Part shown: piece by piece, positions 1-13,704 of the stretch | Layout of the letters: the number at the start of each line of letters is the position of its first letter | Position numbering within the stretch: position 1 is the first letter of the stretch | Source: Batkoa obscura | Taxonomy: Eukaryota | DNA: 64,000 bases | NCBI GenBank assembly: GCA_030770535.1 | Contig: JASVEC010000002.1 | Location: forward strand, 1,860,001 to 1,924,000 | Direction of reading: 5' to 3' | Position numbers and translations under genes: made by a program | Notes under the pieces: model-generated | Told to the model about the DNA's origin: nothing | Seen by the model: the letters and a program-made list of their open reading frames with translations, nothing else | Database searches by the model: none

Positions 1-217
1 AATATTTTAAAATATAAATTTAATTTGAAGTTTTAACTTTTAAAGTAAAAAAAGTTGACTCTAAAAATTTAGACTTGTTGACTTATATTTCTAAGTGACA
101 GTTGTAATACAATTAATCGTATAGCCCAAAAACAATAAAATAGATAAAGTTCCAAACACTATAATTATACTATCGCCCCCGTAAATTTAAGGAATTAAAC
201 AAAAAAAATAAGCAGGA

Positions 218-247
218 AAAAACTAACTAGAATTCTAGTTAGTTTTT
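218..247. repeat. Perfect 30-bp palindrome
   Basis: AAAAACTAACTAGAATTCTAGTTAGTTTTT is its own reverse complement. Confidence 0.9.
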
Positions 248-305
248 AAATCTTAGCCATTTAACTTTATTTTAATTTCTTTGCTTCGCCTAATCCTTGT
301 TTTAC

Positions 306-416
306 ATGTGGGGATGTATTTTTGTGTTTAAGAATTTTACTAACAATCTTTCCACTCAAATATTGCTTAAAAAATGGAAGAAGTAATGAAGTAATGAAGT
401 CAAAAAAACATCCCAT
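306..416 (+). mobile_element. 104-bp MITE copy 1, with an internal 8-bp duplication
   Basis: TGGGGATGTATTTT..TTTCCACTCAAATA..AAAAAACATCCCA. Confidence 0.8.
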
Positions 417-600
417 GTTTATATAAGACTACAATTATTTTGATTTCTTTATTTTCCTCATAATTTTGTATTTACAAAAAGTTTGAACTTGTCTTTTATG
501 AGCTTTAAAAAAACATTGTATAAATTCAATCAATTTTACAATTCTTTATTTCAGAAATGACAATTTAAAATGGTAAATTGTCTTTTTTTATTTTGAAATT

Positions 601-1375
601 ATGAATCAACAAAATTCAGCATCAACATCAAAACCTGGCCAAACAACCTACCCGCCAAAACCAAAGAGTACAAGTTCTATCCAAGTGCATCCAAACCAAC
701 GAGGGAATCCTTTATTACAGTACATAAGAAGCTGTCCGTGGACTTGGGCAGAAATTGATATCAATAGAATATCTGACAACTTTCCTGATTATTTAGTAGG
801 CAAGGGGCATGCACTCTTATTTTTATCCTTAAAATATCACAAAATCCATCCAGAATATATTTACAATCGATTAAATCTAATCAGTGGCTATAAATTAACA
901 GTGATTTTATGTCAAATTGACATCCCAGATCATCAAGACTTTTTAAAAGAATTACATCAACTATCATTTAACAGTTCAGCTACTCTGTTTCTTTGTTGGT
1001 CGTCTGAAGAAGCAGGTAGATACATTGAGTGTTTTAAGGTTATGGAAAATAAATCACCAGATTTTATTCAATCTAAAGTTGCAATGGATCAGTTCGATAG
1101 TCCTTATTTAGCGCTGATGAACGAATCTCTGACCAAAGTTAGGTCCGTTAATAAAACAGATGTATTGACGTTGGCTTCTACATTTGGTAGCTTTGGAAAA
1201 TTAGCATTTGCTACAAAACAGCAGTTGTCACTATGTCCAGGATTGGGAGATAAGAAAGTGAGTTTTAACTTTTATTTTAACACTTAAAACTCAATTATCT
1301 ATTTAGGTAGTTCAGTTAGAAAAGGTATTTAGTCAGCCATTTAACCTCAAAGACGAGGCTGGTCAGGAGGAGTAG
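601..1375 (+). CDS. ERCC1: ERCC1/Rad10 nucleotide excision repair protein
   Basis: QRGNPLL, DYLVG..LFLSLKYH..HPEYIY.R and CWSSEEAGRYIE motifs; C-terminal HhH (CPGLGDKK); intron 1258-1306; stop TAG 1373-1375. Confidence 0.95.
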
Positions 1376-1542
1376 GAGTATTTATTTTGAGATTTAATGA
1401 ATAAAATTTTGTTTATTGAAGTTAATTTGAGTAATAGTTTTTACATTTACTGGAATATGTGGATTCTTTACAATCATAAAAACTAAAATTTACGAGATTT
1501 AATTTAAAACTTCTTTTCAAGGTTTAAAAAACTGAACAAATA

Positions 1543-2662
1543 ATGACGATAACTGAAGGTATGGATAGTAAATATAAACATGTAGATAATAAATTAAAGT
1601 AAACAGAGATTGATTCCAAAATATTAAAAGAAATCGAAGATGCCGCAGCCACAGGAGAAATAAAGTATTATTAGATTTAAATTTAATTTATTTTGAAAAT
1701 AAACCAATTTAAAAGAGTGCCATGGGTCGAGTTCAAAAGATATCTTAAATTGAAACTAGAACAAGTAAGTAGAACTATCGCCTGAGAGAGCAATTCTCTA
1801 ACAATTATAAGAACTATAAAATCTATCTAGAAAATGAAAAAGAATCGGAATCCAGTATTGAAATACAGGATTTGTATTCAAAAGCAAATAGCTTGATTGA
1901 GCATATGCTTGGGTAATCTTGGATTTCAAATTGAATTTTACAAATCAGTTAATTAAATAAACAGTCGCCCCTTCACTTTCCAAAGGATATGTGAGATATT
2001 GTTGGAACCAAAACCTATTTATCCTACGTTATTTAGATATTTAAATGCAATTGTTAAGGTAAAAATAAACGGAAGTAGTTGTCTTAAATCTAATTAAAAT
2101 TTCTTTAGTTGTGTATGGTAGTCACTTATGATGAAGAAAACAATGAGGAACTTATAGATCAAGATGAAATCAACATAAGCGTGGTTGATTTTGACAACTG
2201 TGGTATAAAGTCAGAAATCACTGTGGAGTTACCACCAAAAAGAAGGTTGGAGGCAGAGGATTCAAAAAACGACGAAGATGATAACAGAGAACAGAAGGAA
2301 GAAGGTGAGTTAAAAAACAGATTCCATAAGTTATATATTAATGTTTTTTTTACGTAGATAAAATCGAGATGGAGGCTAATGGTGATAAAGAAGAAGAAAA
2401 TGAGACTAAGAAAATTAAATTAGAGGGTGAGGATGATGAAAAAAAAACAAAGGATGAAGGAAACAAAGATGGAGAACAAAAAAAAGAAGAAATAGAGGTT
2501 GAACAAGAAGAAAACAAGCAAGAGGTCGAAGATTCAACTTTTGGAGATCTAAATGATGAACCTATTTTTAGAGATAAAGTCGAAGATGCTTTTATTTTGG
2601 AGACAGATGTTAGGGTGCCAACTGAAGAAAAGAAAATGGAAGAGGATGACAAAGAGGAATAA
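1543..2662 (+). CDS. PPP4R2: Protein phosphatase 4 regulatory subunit 2 (PPP4R2/Psy4-like), multi-exon, acidic tail
   Basis: Spliced reading gives PFTFQRICEILLEPK (about 1968-2012), the PPP4R2 core motif; E/D/K-rich C-terminal exons match ORFs 2109 and 2369. Confidence 0.85.
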
Positions 2663-2835
2663 GTTAGGCGAGGAATCAAATTTAACGTTATTATTTTAAG
2701 AAATAAACGAATTATTTTATTACTAAATAAAACTTTTTTACTTACGTTGTATAGTCTTTTTTAGTTATTAAGATGGCAAGTAATAGTTATGTAACATTTA
2801 AACAATTTGATGTTTTATTAAAAAATGGAATAAAT

Positions 2836-5800
2836 TTATTGAGCAAAACGGACTTGTCTTTCCTCATCTTCCTCATTATTTTTGTGACGATACCCTTTTA
2901 AAAATCGAGTAAGCTTTAATTTGAACTTTCTGAAATCCCCATAGTGTACTTTCCTAAAATCAGATTAATATTAACATTAAGAAACTTATAAATTTAAAAT
3001 AATTACTCTGAGGCTTGATCAAGCAAGCCACGTAAAGCGGGAGAGGGTATAGAAGGATCTTTTGGTAGGGCAAAGGGGGAATCTTTAATGTTAAGGAAAG
3101 CAAGTTGGAGCCAATGAACAATTTTTTCACGATTAAGTTCAGCTAGAAGCCCAATAATTTCACATGCATCATGTAACTCATAAACTGAATAATACTCAAT
3201 AGAATTAAGTATCAAACGTCCGATAATGGCTTGGCCATAATTACTAGTCAACGCCACAATTTGTTGACAATGTTCATCATTTTTTTTATGATTGACTTCA
3301 GCCAATAAAGTATTAAGAATCAATATAAATGACTCAAACGTAGCTCCTAAACCATGAGATTCATGCATATCTAAAGTGGCGTAATAGAATTCAAACAAAG
3401 TTTCAAAGATCGGTAATGAGAACACCTCACTTTTACTCCTTTTTACAATACTGCTGAGTAGATAGCAGAAATCTTCAATAACTAAAATTTATTAAAATAA
3501 ATAAATTTAATTTGATATTAAAAAACTTACTTTGTGGCACTCTGTCGACATGGTATGCTCTAGAAACGATCCCAAACGTAAGTTCCGAAGTTCTTTTTAC
3601 TAAATCAAATGCTTCATACTTATTTGTTTTAAAGTAAGCAACAAATATTTTGCGTACAACCCAAATATAAACTGCAGATTCCGAATATTTAAAGCTTTCA
3701 ACAATCGCATTCGAAAAGCTAGACAAATAAGGTAAATTATGTGGGGCAAGTGACTCGATGATTTTAACAAAGACAGAAGCTAATACTTCTGAAATAGTTG
3801 GATGAGCGTGGTACTTTTCTAACAAATGTTCTAATAAATTCCACATTTGATGGATATAAGTTAATGCTGGGTGTTCATTGTTATTAAATGATACAAGTCC
3901 ATTTGCTATTATTTTACAAAGTCTATCAAGATAAACTAGTTTTTGTGTTAATTTTTTTTGTAAAAACATATATATATACTTACAATTAAGTTCTTCAACA
4001 TTGGAACTAAGCTGCGCTTCATTTGATATATATGTTTGAAGTTTAGCTAAAATTGGGTCGATGATACTAGTAAGTGCTTCTGCGTAATTTTCTTGTGGTA
4101 TGTGCTTTAATACAAATCCAATCGCCCCAGTTAACTCTAGCAAATCATATTTCTCAAGTGTGCTTTCGTATTGCTTGTATAATTCTACTAAAGCTGAAAG
4201 ATGTTGAGTCATATCCTAAAATAGTTAATTATATTTCAAAGCAAAATTGTCTTAACAACTTACCTTGCCACAAAATTGTCCCAAGTAACATATAGAAAGA
4301 GCGGCAGCAGGTGCTATTTCTTTATCAGAAAGACCTTCAGAACAATAAGTTAAGAGAAAAGGAAGAAGGTTTGGATGTAAGGCAATCCACTCAGCATAGT
4401 TTGAAATGATAAGAGTGGCAGTTCTTCTAAGTTTAGGATGGGGAGGTAAATTTGGAAGGACGTTTATTACGTCAAGAACTATTTTGTCTCTTCGACTAAT
4501 TTCAGATCCTAAAGATCTCAATGCAAATAGTACTGCTTCTATCTCTTGCCAATGCTCATAAATTTTATCAACTGGATACTGTAGTTGCTGAGTAAGTATT
4601 GTGTAAGGCGCTGAAAGGGCTCTATCTACACCCAAAACTGTTGCACAATCCTTCAAGATGTAACCGATCTCATGTCGAAAGTCTTTAAATTGATCCATTT
4701 CTTCTAATGACCAATCTGAATCATTCCTTGGCAATTGAAGTCTACTAATAATCGCACTTAAAGTAGCTTCAAAGAAAGGAATAAATAATTCTCTCTTTTC
4801 CATATATTTATCATCATTTAAAGCTTGAGAAAATGAATAATAGAAACCAAACGTAGTTGAAAGTGAATTGATAGGACATTTCTTAATACATTCTACTATA
4901 CCTTCTAAAAGATGTTGGAAAAGTTCTGGGAATTTAACAATTATTTCTAAATACGCTTCGCCAGCTTCTGAAAAGATCCTTACTAAACCTTGCAAAATGT
5001 CTTCTGGGAGTTCATGTCGTTTGACATAATTTAGTAGTTCACTTATCTTATTATTTATCTCTTGAATTACAACTTTAGAAGAGTCTACATCCCTGGTTTC
5101 ATAAATTATGCCGCAAATAACTTCACATGAGATATCGAATAGTTGGGGTTTGGTAATTAAACAATTAAATATTAAATCAAGTAAGTAACTATTTTCTAGG
5201 TCATTGATTGCAATATCTCCGGACTTGAGCCAACTTTGTAAGCAGTCGAATACTTTTTGATAAACTCGATCATTTTTATTTTCTAAAAAGAGTAAAATTT
5301 AAATTAAACTATAGATTACAAGTTAATTACCTTCCGACTCTATGATTTTTAATAAAATATCTAATACAACTTTACTATTATCTGCCAGCAACTTATCACT
5401 TTGATCTCTAAACTCGTAATCCTAAAGCAGTCTTAATGGATAAGCACTTAAATTCTTCAATCTACCTATACTTACACTTAAAGTCTTAAACCCATAAATT
5501 GAATTAATTTCCTGAGGCAATACCGTTAAAAATAGAAGAAGGGATCTCAAATTGGCCATATTGTTTGACCATAATTGAATTAGCCCTGGTACTACGTTTT
5601 GCCATTCTTTTAATTGAATAGCAAGTAAAGCAAGTGATAAACATAATTGAGTTAATAAGTGATCTGGCGCTTGCTGATGCGCTTCTATAATTTCTATCAA
5701 GGAGTCTCTGAGCGATTTGACAGAGTTTGAGTCAAGGTCAAGTAAGTCATTTTTTATCTAATAGATAGAAATGTTCAATTTATTATAAAAATAAGATTGA

Positions 5801-6102
5801 ATCAAGATTAAGTTAAGTTAAATAATAAACAAATATAATGAATTACTTTTGACTTAAGAGTTTGAGCCATAAAAATTTTAACTTCTAAACCTTGATTTGG
5901 GTCTCTTAATAGATAGTCAGCTATCTGCCAAGCTTCCAACTAAATTAACATTAGCAAAAAGTTAATAAGATGAAGAAATAATTACTCTCTGTTGAAATTG
6001 TAATAAAAAAGTATTAGCTTCTGATTTCAATTCGCTTTGTTGACGTGGATCATATAATACTTTTAACGCATTGATCGTCTGATCTTTAAGTGAAAGTTCC
6101 AT
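2836..6102 (-). CDS. MTR10: Transportin-SR / Mtr10 importin-beta family
   Basis: N-terminus MELSLKDQTINALKVLY..EANTFLLQFQ; LLTQLCLSLALLAIQ; FKDFRHEIGYILKDC; WQEIEAVLFALR; several GT-AG introns. Confidence 0.9.
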
Positions 6103-6680
6103 GGTAAAAACTAAATTTCTTTTTTTCAAAGTTTTTTTCTTTATTTTTATTATTTTTCGAACATTGAATTTTTTTTATGCTTTTTGGAGGGTTTAATTTC
6201 AAATAGAAAAGTATTACTATTAGTATAAATGTTAAATGTAATAGTAGTAACAATTGAAATGTAATAAACTTAAGTATAAAAAATTACTAATAAAAATATT
6301 ACTTATAATAATAAGCACCAAAAGGTATGCTTTTATATTCTAAAATACTAATTAATGCTATTTTATTTTCAGCATACAAACTAACTTGAAAGCCTAAAAT
6401 AGATATCATAATACTATTCTAGAAATTACATTATGTCAATTTATTTTAAATCAAGATAGTTAACGGTATTTAAACTAACAATAGTTAACAACTAACAACT
6501 TTATCTTAATCTAAAGGTTACAAACCCCACCAAGTCGAACTACTAAATAAGTCCAAAGAATAAGTGTTCAATTTTCAACAAAACAATCAATTGGCTCAAC
6601 GACAAAAATAGACACCAAAAAAACTCAATTTTTAATTTAAGACTATCTAACTTTTATCTTATTTTTAAATATTATAAAAA

Positions 6681-7561
6681 ATGAAGTTTCACTTATTATT
6701 TAGTCTAATCCTAGTCCTCTGTTTGGGTCTTATATCTTCAGCTTCAACGGATAAAAACAGTGATAATACAGAAACAGCTAAAGATTATAACTTTTCCTCG
6801 GTCATTGAGTTAACTGATAGTACTTTCTATGAAGCTATAAATAGTAATTCAGAATGGTTGATTGCTTTGTAAGTATATAAATATATATTATAAAAGAAAG
6901 TATTTAAAAATACAAAAAAATAGCACAGCTAGTTGGTGTAAAGCATGTAATAACTTGAAACCAGAATATGAGCGTTTAGCTACTTTAGTAAACAATAAGT
7001 TGCCAAAAGTGAAGATTGGACGTATTGATGTTGATACTAATCCAGCTATCGTTAATCAATTTGTTATACTTCGATTACCCACTATTTATCATATAAAAGG
7101 GAACGAAGGTAGGTTTGAAATAGATATGATATTGATTTATATTAATTTTTACTTTTATTTTAGTGAGAGCAGTGGAAATCAATAGAGATTTCGAAAGTTT
7201 AAAAAAGTTTTTAATTTATAATGAATGGAAGGAAATTCAACCCTTTTCAGGTTTATTAGCTCCATTTTCGATTATGTAAATTTATTATGTATTTGTTGAT
7301 TATAATATTTATTTTATTTAAGTCCTATTGCTACTTATACTGTCATCTTCTATTTCAATCAATTGGTTCAATATGCTAAAACATTGCCGTAAGTTTTAAT
7401 TTTGCTTTCTTTGGTAAGTTTTAAATAATTTTATTAGCACTTGGGCTGTTTCTTTCATTCCAGTTATGTTAATTGGGTTTGCTCTCTATCATATTTCGAA
7501 ATCCACTCCAGATACAACCCCACAACCTCAACGCCCTACTACAGCTAAAAAAAATAAGTAA
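6681..7561 (+). CDS. ER membrane thioredoxin (TMX-like)
   Basis: Signal peptide, WCKAC thioredoxin active site, hydrophobic C-terminal segment, C-terminal KKNK (KKXX ER-retrieval); multi-exon. Confidence 0.8.
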
Positions 7562-7830
7562 ATTGAGTAAATTTTAGGATTGCAATAAAGTTGATTAGAA
7601 ATTTTATTCATATAGATCTTATTTTTTATTTTGTTATTGTTTTATTCAAAATTAAAGTTTATTATGTTTTATAAATTAATTGCTGCAAATTCAGAACAGC
7701 GATATTCTATAGTTGCAAAAAATGACCTTGGATTGCTTACTAAATCTTAGCATCCCATTGAAAAACAAAAAACCAACTATTTTTACTTCATCAACTTGAT
7801 TTTTAACTTTTAAAAGAAATTTGAAAAAAG

Positions 7831-8302
7831 ATGGCCAGTAAAGCAAAAAAGGGAAAAGGAGAGATGAGCGAAGAAGAATTAAAAGCGATTGAAGAAGAAG
7901 AATTTAATACTGGACCATTATCAGTATTAAAACTAGCCGTCAAAAATCACAACTTAGTTGCCATTAACTGCCGTAACAATCGTAAACTTTTGGGCAAAGT
8001 TAAGGCCTTTGATAGACATTGTAATTTGATTTTGGAAAATGTTAGGGAGGTAAGAGTTTTGGGATCATTTTTTTAGAGAAAATGGATTAATGTTAATGCT
8101 TTTTCTTTTAGATGTGGACAGAACAACCTAAAACTGGAAAAGGAATGAAAAAAGCCAAACCAATTTCCAGAGATAGATTTATTTCAAAATTGTTTTTGAG
8201 AGGTGATTCTATTATAATTGGTAGGCTTTTTTATCTGTTAACTTAGTATTTTGGCTAATATAATTATTATTTTTAGTTGCTCGAATTCAAGGAGACAGTT
8301 AA
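7831..8302 (+). CDS. SMD2: Small nuclear ribonucleoprotein Sm D2
   Basis: [41 protein letters not shown], then [20 protein letters not shown]; two introns. Confidence 0.97.
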
Positions 8303-8570
8303 ATTAAATAAATGGTTTTTAAATGGAAAAATTGCTTGAATTAAATGTTATTAGCTATATTTATATGTAATTTTATTCATTTTAATTTATAATTTACTTT
8401 AACGCTATAGTTGTGTCAACTAAGTAGAGTTTAATAGACTCATATATGTAAGTTTAATTGAACCTTGTTTATTTTAACGTAATAACTACAATTTAAAAAT
8501 GTTAAAAATGATATAAAATAAATAAGAATGGTTAATGCTGACAATATAATAATTAAAAAACATAATTTTT

Positions 8571-10005
8571 TTATTCCATATCATGATAATTTCTCAAAAA
8601 GCATAATACATTAAATATTAAAACTTTAATATCTACCTCAGTTCTAGAATCTAAACTAGCAACCATTTTTTTTAAATGCTCATTCACTCCACTACCTACA
8701 ACATAAGATTCTAGATCATCTTCATCAACTGGATCTCCTTTAAATACCTAATTATAACAACAAACCTACTTAAAGTACTACTCTTTTGTAATTATAATAC
8801 TTACCTCCAACTCATCTACAATATATTCATTATCGTCCCAAATCAAATGAATAAACAATGTAGGATAGACATCTTCCATATTGTATTTAACTTTTAGAGT
8901 AGAATCATCAATTAATTTAACATATGTAACCTCATTGATTTTTGAAATACAATCTTTAGCATAATCATAATGATTTATCAAAGCTTTCATTTTGGCTATA
9001 TTTTCTTCTTTGTTTTCATATAGTCTAACATTAATCTCTTTTTTTAATTGAATTACTTTGTTTCTTTTCATTTCAACCTCTTTCCTTAATGTCCCTTCCT
9101 CTTGCTGATTTAAATCATCTATTACTCTTTGTTTAGCTTCTTCGTAATCGATACCCTTTGTATTTGTTTAGTCGTTAATTGATTAATTTGGTTGGTTTTA
9201 TTACTTCATGTTTTGCTAGTTCCATACTCATTTCATGGATCTCCATCTAGTTTATAGAATATTTTTAAGTGGTTTGTATCATTAGTAATATACTTACTTG
9301 ACATTGTTTTTCGATCCTTTCAATTTTTTCTACTTCTTTTTTCTAACTATTACTTATAGTTTTAATTCAAATACTATTATTATTACCATATAAATCATAT
9401 TGGATAAGAATTTTCGACATTTATTAACAATTTTGGATGTTTTGCGATATTCTAAAATAATTTTTATTATAACCACTATAAGTGATAAAATAATGGTTAC
9501 TTTTATAATATAATTTACACTGCTCTTCATAAAGTTCGATCACTTTTTTTAACTCTTCTTTCTTTTTATCAATTTTATCTTCTAATATCAATAGTTTTAC
9601 ATCTAAAATTCAATTGTTATTTTATATTTGACTGTAAACTAATAATCATATCCACCTTTGTTTTTAATGTCCTTAACATTTAAAAAGCTGTTGTTTAATA
9701 AATTTTTATATAACTCATTTTTAGCATAAATATCAATAAATAGTTGAGGTAATCTAGAATAAAACAATTGCTTTTTTAAAAAGATTTAATGTTATTATTA
9801 TAGTTTTATTTGATAATTTATTTACTTTTATTCCTCGTAGCTCTTTAGTTAAATCTACCACCTCTTCATCTTCTTTGATTTTAAGTACATCATATTTCTC
9901 CAGTTTTTGTTTAATACTAAGTTGATGTTAGTATGGCATGTTACATACAGTGAACCTAATTTACTTTCTTAATTCCTTCTTTTTCAACTCCAAATCCAAA
10001 TTCAT
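8571..10005 (-). CDS. Hypothetical multi-exon coiled-coil protein with a globular C-terminus
   Basis: Chain of short GT-AG introns linking K/E-rich exons; includes ORF 8778-9071; start ATG at 10005, stop at 8571; no family recognised. Confidence 0.6.
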
Positions 10006-10179
10006 TTTCAAACTTGTACAAATAACAAAAACTATTTCTTACAATTCAAATTGTAAATTTATAATTGCTCATTAACCAATGAAATTAAACTTTAACAATG
10101 CATTATAAAATAGATAAAAAGATCATTTTATTTATAGTAAAAGAGTAGCGTATAAAAGCTTATAAACATCTTCTTCTGT

Positions 10180-11037
10180 TTACTTACGGACTCTAATAGT
10201 TTCTTCAAAATTATCAAATGCGACACTAGATACTTTATCAAGTTCATCTTGGATCTGCTCGACACCTTCCACTTCTGGAATATAGTGCATCAACATATTT
10301 TGAATACCATGTTTTAAAGTAACCTCTGAACTTTCGCAAGTTCTACAAGCACCTCTTAACTTTAGTTTAACTATACTATTTTCAAACCCGAGGTATTCGA
10401 TATCACCACCATCTTCTTGAATTGAGGGTCTAATTCTAGTTTCTAATAATTCTTTAATCATTTGAACTACTTCATCATCTTCAGGATCAATTTTAGTGTC
10501 TTGGGCAACCTCATGTTCTTCATACATCATTGGTTGTTCGACAGAAAAGAAATCCATTAACGTAGCAAAGATTTCTGGTTTTAAATTGGGCCAGTTAGCG
10601 TCAGCATTTTTATTAACGGTTACAAAATCGGGACCGAAAAAAATGGATTGAATGCCATCAATTAAAAACAGTTTTTTAGCTAGAGGGGAGCTCATACCTT
10701 CTCTTGCATTCGTGAATTCTGCACTCTTATTGTTACCCATTACTTCCCTACCAGGTACAAATTTTATAGAGTCTGGATTGGGCGTATTCTCTGTTTGGAT
10801 AAACATGGTTCTTGCTTTTATAACTGTTAATTTTTTTACATTAAGCTCATATTAAGTAGTATTACCTCCTATCTTTATAAATGTTTGATTATTAATCAAA
10901 CCATTTAAATTTTTGTTGCTTCTTAATTTACCGAAAGTAGTATGAGATAGATTCTTTTTTGCATTGAATTGTATACATCTAGTTATTAAATATTGATTAT
11001 TTAGTATTAATTTTAATTGATTTTTAAACATCATCAT
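10180..11037 (-). CDS. NFU1: Mitochondrial Fe-S scaffold NFU1
   Basis: MFIQTENTPNPDSIKF; IRPSIQEDGGDI; GACRTC CxxC motif; basic presequence exon upstream of an intron at about 10825-10865. Confidence 0.95.
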
Positions 11038-11204
11038 TTCTTTTTTTTCTAATATAAATTTATAATAAAATGTGTTTCTTGCATCCAAATTATTTAATTT
11101 TATCCAAATTTCAGCTTTTTTGATCTCTTTATCCAATCATCTCCATTCTTACTCTTAGATTAAATAGATAATCTATTATTAATCGATTTTTAAAATATTA
11201 ATAA

Positions 11205-11486
11205 TATTGAGAATGTTTTTTACTAATTGTCCATTGTTGCTGCTTTTTTAAAATTTAGAAATTAATCACTAGTGCAGCTGTTCAAACTTGGATATATACT
11301 AGCTAACTGTTTGTTTTATAATAAAAAATCAAATATCAAGCGACAAGTTAACATAACAATACAAATGGCCAATTATAAAATTTATCACTAGTGAGCACAT
11401 ATTTGAACTTAGACAACTGAGCTAATTGATTTCTAAATTTTAAAAAAGTAACAAAAATGGACAATTGGCAAAAAGCATTCCCATAT
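11205..11486. mobile_element. Foldback MITE (~280 bp) with long imperfect TIRs; termini related to the 104-bp MITE
   Basis: Left end TATTGAGAATGTTTTTTACTAATTGTCCATTG..TTTTTAAAATTTAGAAATTAAT matches the reverse complement of the right end, TATGGGAATGCTTTTTGCCAATTGTCCATTT..TTTTTAAAATTTAGAAATCAAT. Confidence 0.7.
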
Positions 11487-12099
11487 ATCTAACTAAAAAA
11501 TCTTAAGATAAAGATAAAGAGGGATAAACTAAACTAAACTGAAATATGCTTTATATTTATTAAGAAAAAAACAAAGGAAGATAAAGATTACAACTTACTA
11601 CTTTAATGCTTTGGTTTGTTGAAACTTCTTTTTGGATTATTTTCAGAAGATATTGTTCTATCGCCACTATTACTTTGATTATTTTCTGACAATATATTGA
11701 TATTATTGGTATTATTTTGATTATTTTTAGATGATATACTTATACAAATATTATTAGTTTGACTATTTTCAGGAGGTATAGCCAATTTTTTGGAATTATT
11801 CTATAGCAATATAGTATTAATAGAAAGAGACTTATTCTTAGTATCAATCAATCCACACTAATATTGACTAATAATACTAGAAAGTAAAAGAAAGTTTGTT
11901 AATTGGCAAAAGTTCAACTAAGCTACATATTATATTTTTTAACTTTTTAGCTTCTTTAGTAGAATGTTTGAATTTAAAGTTCTTAGAATTTGGATTATGA
12001 AAAATCTTGAATCTTTATTTTTTCTCTTGCAAATAATTTAACAATGTGGCTTAACTATTTGGATCTTCAATAAGTTGTGCTACTCTATTAAACAGACTT

Positions 12100-13110
12100 G
12101 TAACAATAGGTGGATAATCATGATTACAATTTTTGACGTTTACTCTGAATATTGTACTCCTAAGGAATCTACGACCAATGGAAATTCTATATGGATAGAA
12201 TAAATGGCTTGGATTCTTTTTATTTAACTACGGTTTTCGAAAAAACTTACATAATGAAGGTTGGTAACTGATTATGTTATATGTTTTTCATTCGTTTTTA
12301 CCTTTTATTAATAGATATCCTTTATTTATTGCCAAAAATGTGATACGGGTCACACTTTCCGTTAAATCTCCAAATTCTAGCTTATTTAAATAATCCTCAT
12401 TGGTCGTTATATGTTCACTTTGATTATTATTAATTCCAACTACTAGATTGTTATTTCTTTGCAACTGACTATTGATATATGTTGTATCGGCTTCTTGTAG
12501 GTGGTTATTAATATAAGGTGATGTTTTTTTGATTCCATTACTTTTCCATTTTTTAAGCGCTATCTGAGTGGAAGAATTCTTAATAAAATTCTTAAACAAA
12601 AAAATACATTCCCATATATTGCATTAGTTTCCTGAAATTACTTATTATTATTTGTATTATTAGCTCATGTCTGAATATTAATATCAGATGCACTGGTTTG
12701 TTGCTCATTTATAACTGATACATCTGCACTTATACTACCCTCTATTTCTTTATTTTTGTCAAGAAAAGAGGGATAGTTATGTGTACAATTATTAACTTTA
12801 ACTTTGAAAATATTTTCCTTGTTGGGTTCTACGACCAATAGAAATCAAATAAGGATAAAGTACAAAATTGCTAGTATCTATCCCGTTTTTTAAGAAACTT
12901 GATAATATTTATATTTTATTTATTTATAATTATAAACCTTATCTTTGGTTTGTTTACTTTTGGTTTTAATTAATAAAGAGTCTTCACTTAGTCCTAATAA
13001 AACGATATGGTTTATTCCATCTGCTAAACCTGTAAACTCTAAGCTATTTAAATATGCTTTGTTGATTGTTAAAGTTGGGATTAATTGTTTATTTGTTATT
13101 ACTTCCAAGT
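12100..13110 (-). pseudogene. Two tandem, diverged relics of the same unknown gene, separated by a MITE
   Basis: ITTNEDYLNKLEFGDLTESVTRITFLAINKGYLLIK vs LTINKAYLNSLEFTGLADGINHIVLLGLSEDSLLIK; downstream YPYRISIGRR..VKNCNHDYPP vs YPYLISIGRR..VNNCTHNYPS; broken by stops and frameshifts. Confidence 0.5.
12514..12617 (-). mobile_element. 104-bp MITE copy 2
   Basis: Matches the family consensus in reverse orientation. Confidence 0.8.
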
Positions 13111-13704
13111 TATTGATTCCTTGTGATTGACTATCCTATTTTCTTCAATTATCTTGTTCATTTTACGCACTTAGTATATTATTTTCATCACTAGCATTGC
13201 TTCTATAAAATTCTTTATTATTTGATATTTTGTAGTCTTGATTTTCATTAGTAAATATTTGTAAATAAACTACAATAACTAAATTTCGTGATTAGTTCCT
13301 ATTTGTATCAAACTTCTTGTGAATTTCTACCAGCTTTTGAATAAAAAGGGCATAATTAGAGAAGCATGGTAGTAATTATATGTGTTTAGTTTAAAAGCTC
13401 AGTTCAAATTTTGTCTAATTTTGATTTTGAATAAAATCATAAATTAGACACTAAGTGCTGAAAAACAGTTGCTTTTTTCCCTAGTCTTACTGTATTAGAA
13501 TATTCTTTATCTAATATTTAATATAAAAAAATTAAATTTATGCCATATAAAGAGAAAAAAATGAAACTGAAAAAGTTTAAACTTTAATCAACTTTTACTT
13601 ATCCATATCAATTTGGTAAGTTATAAAAGATCGAATTTATATTACCAAATAAGGTAAAAATGGAGCTATATCTTTTCTTTAAATAGTCCAAATTGAATAT
13701 ACTT

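Noticed and set aside
12288..12599. ORF-track 103-aa protein
   Set aside because: Its first ~29 codons are MITE copy 2 sequence fused to a gene relic.
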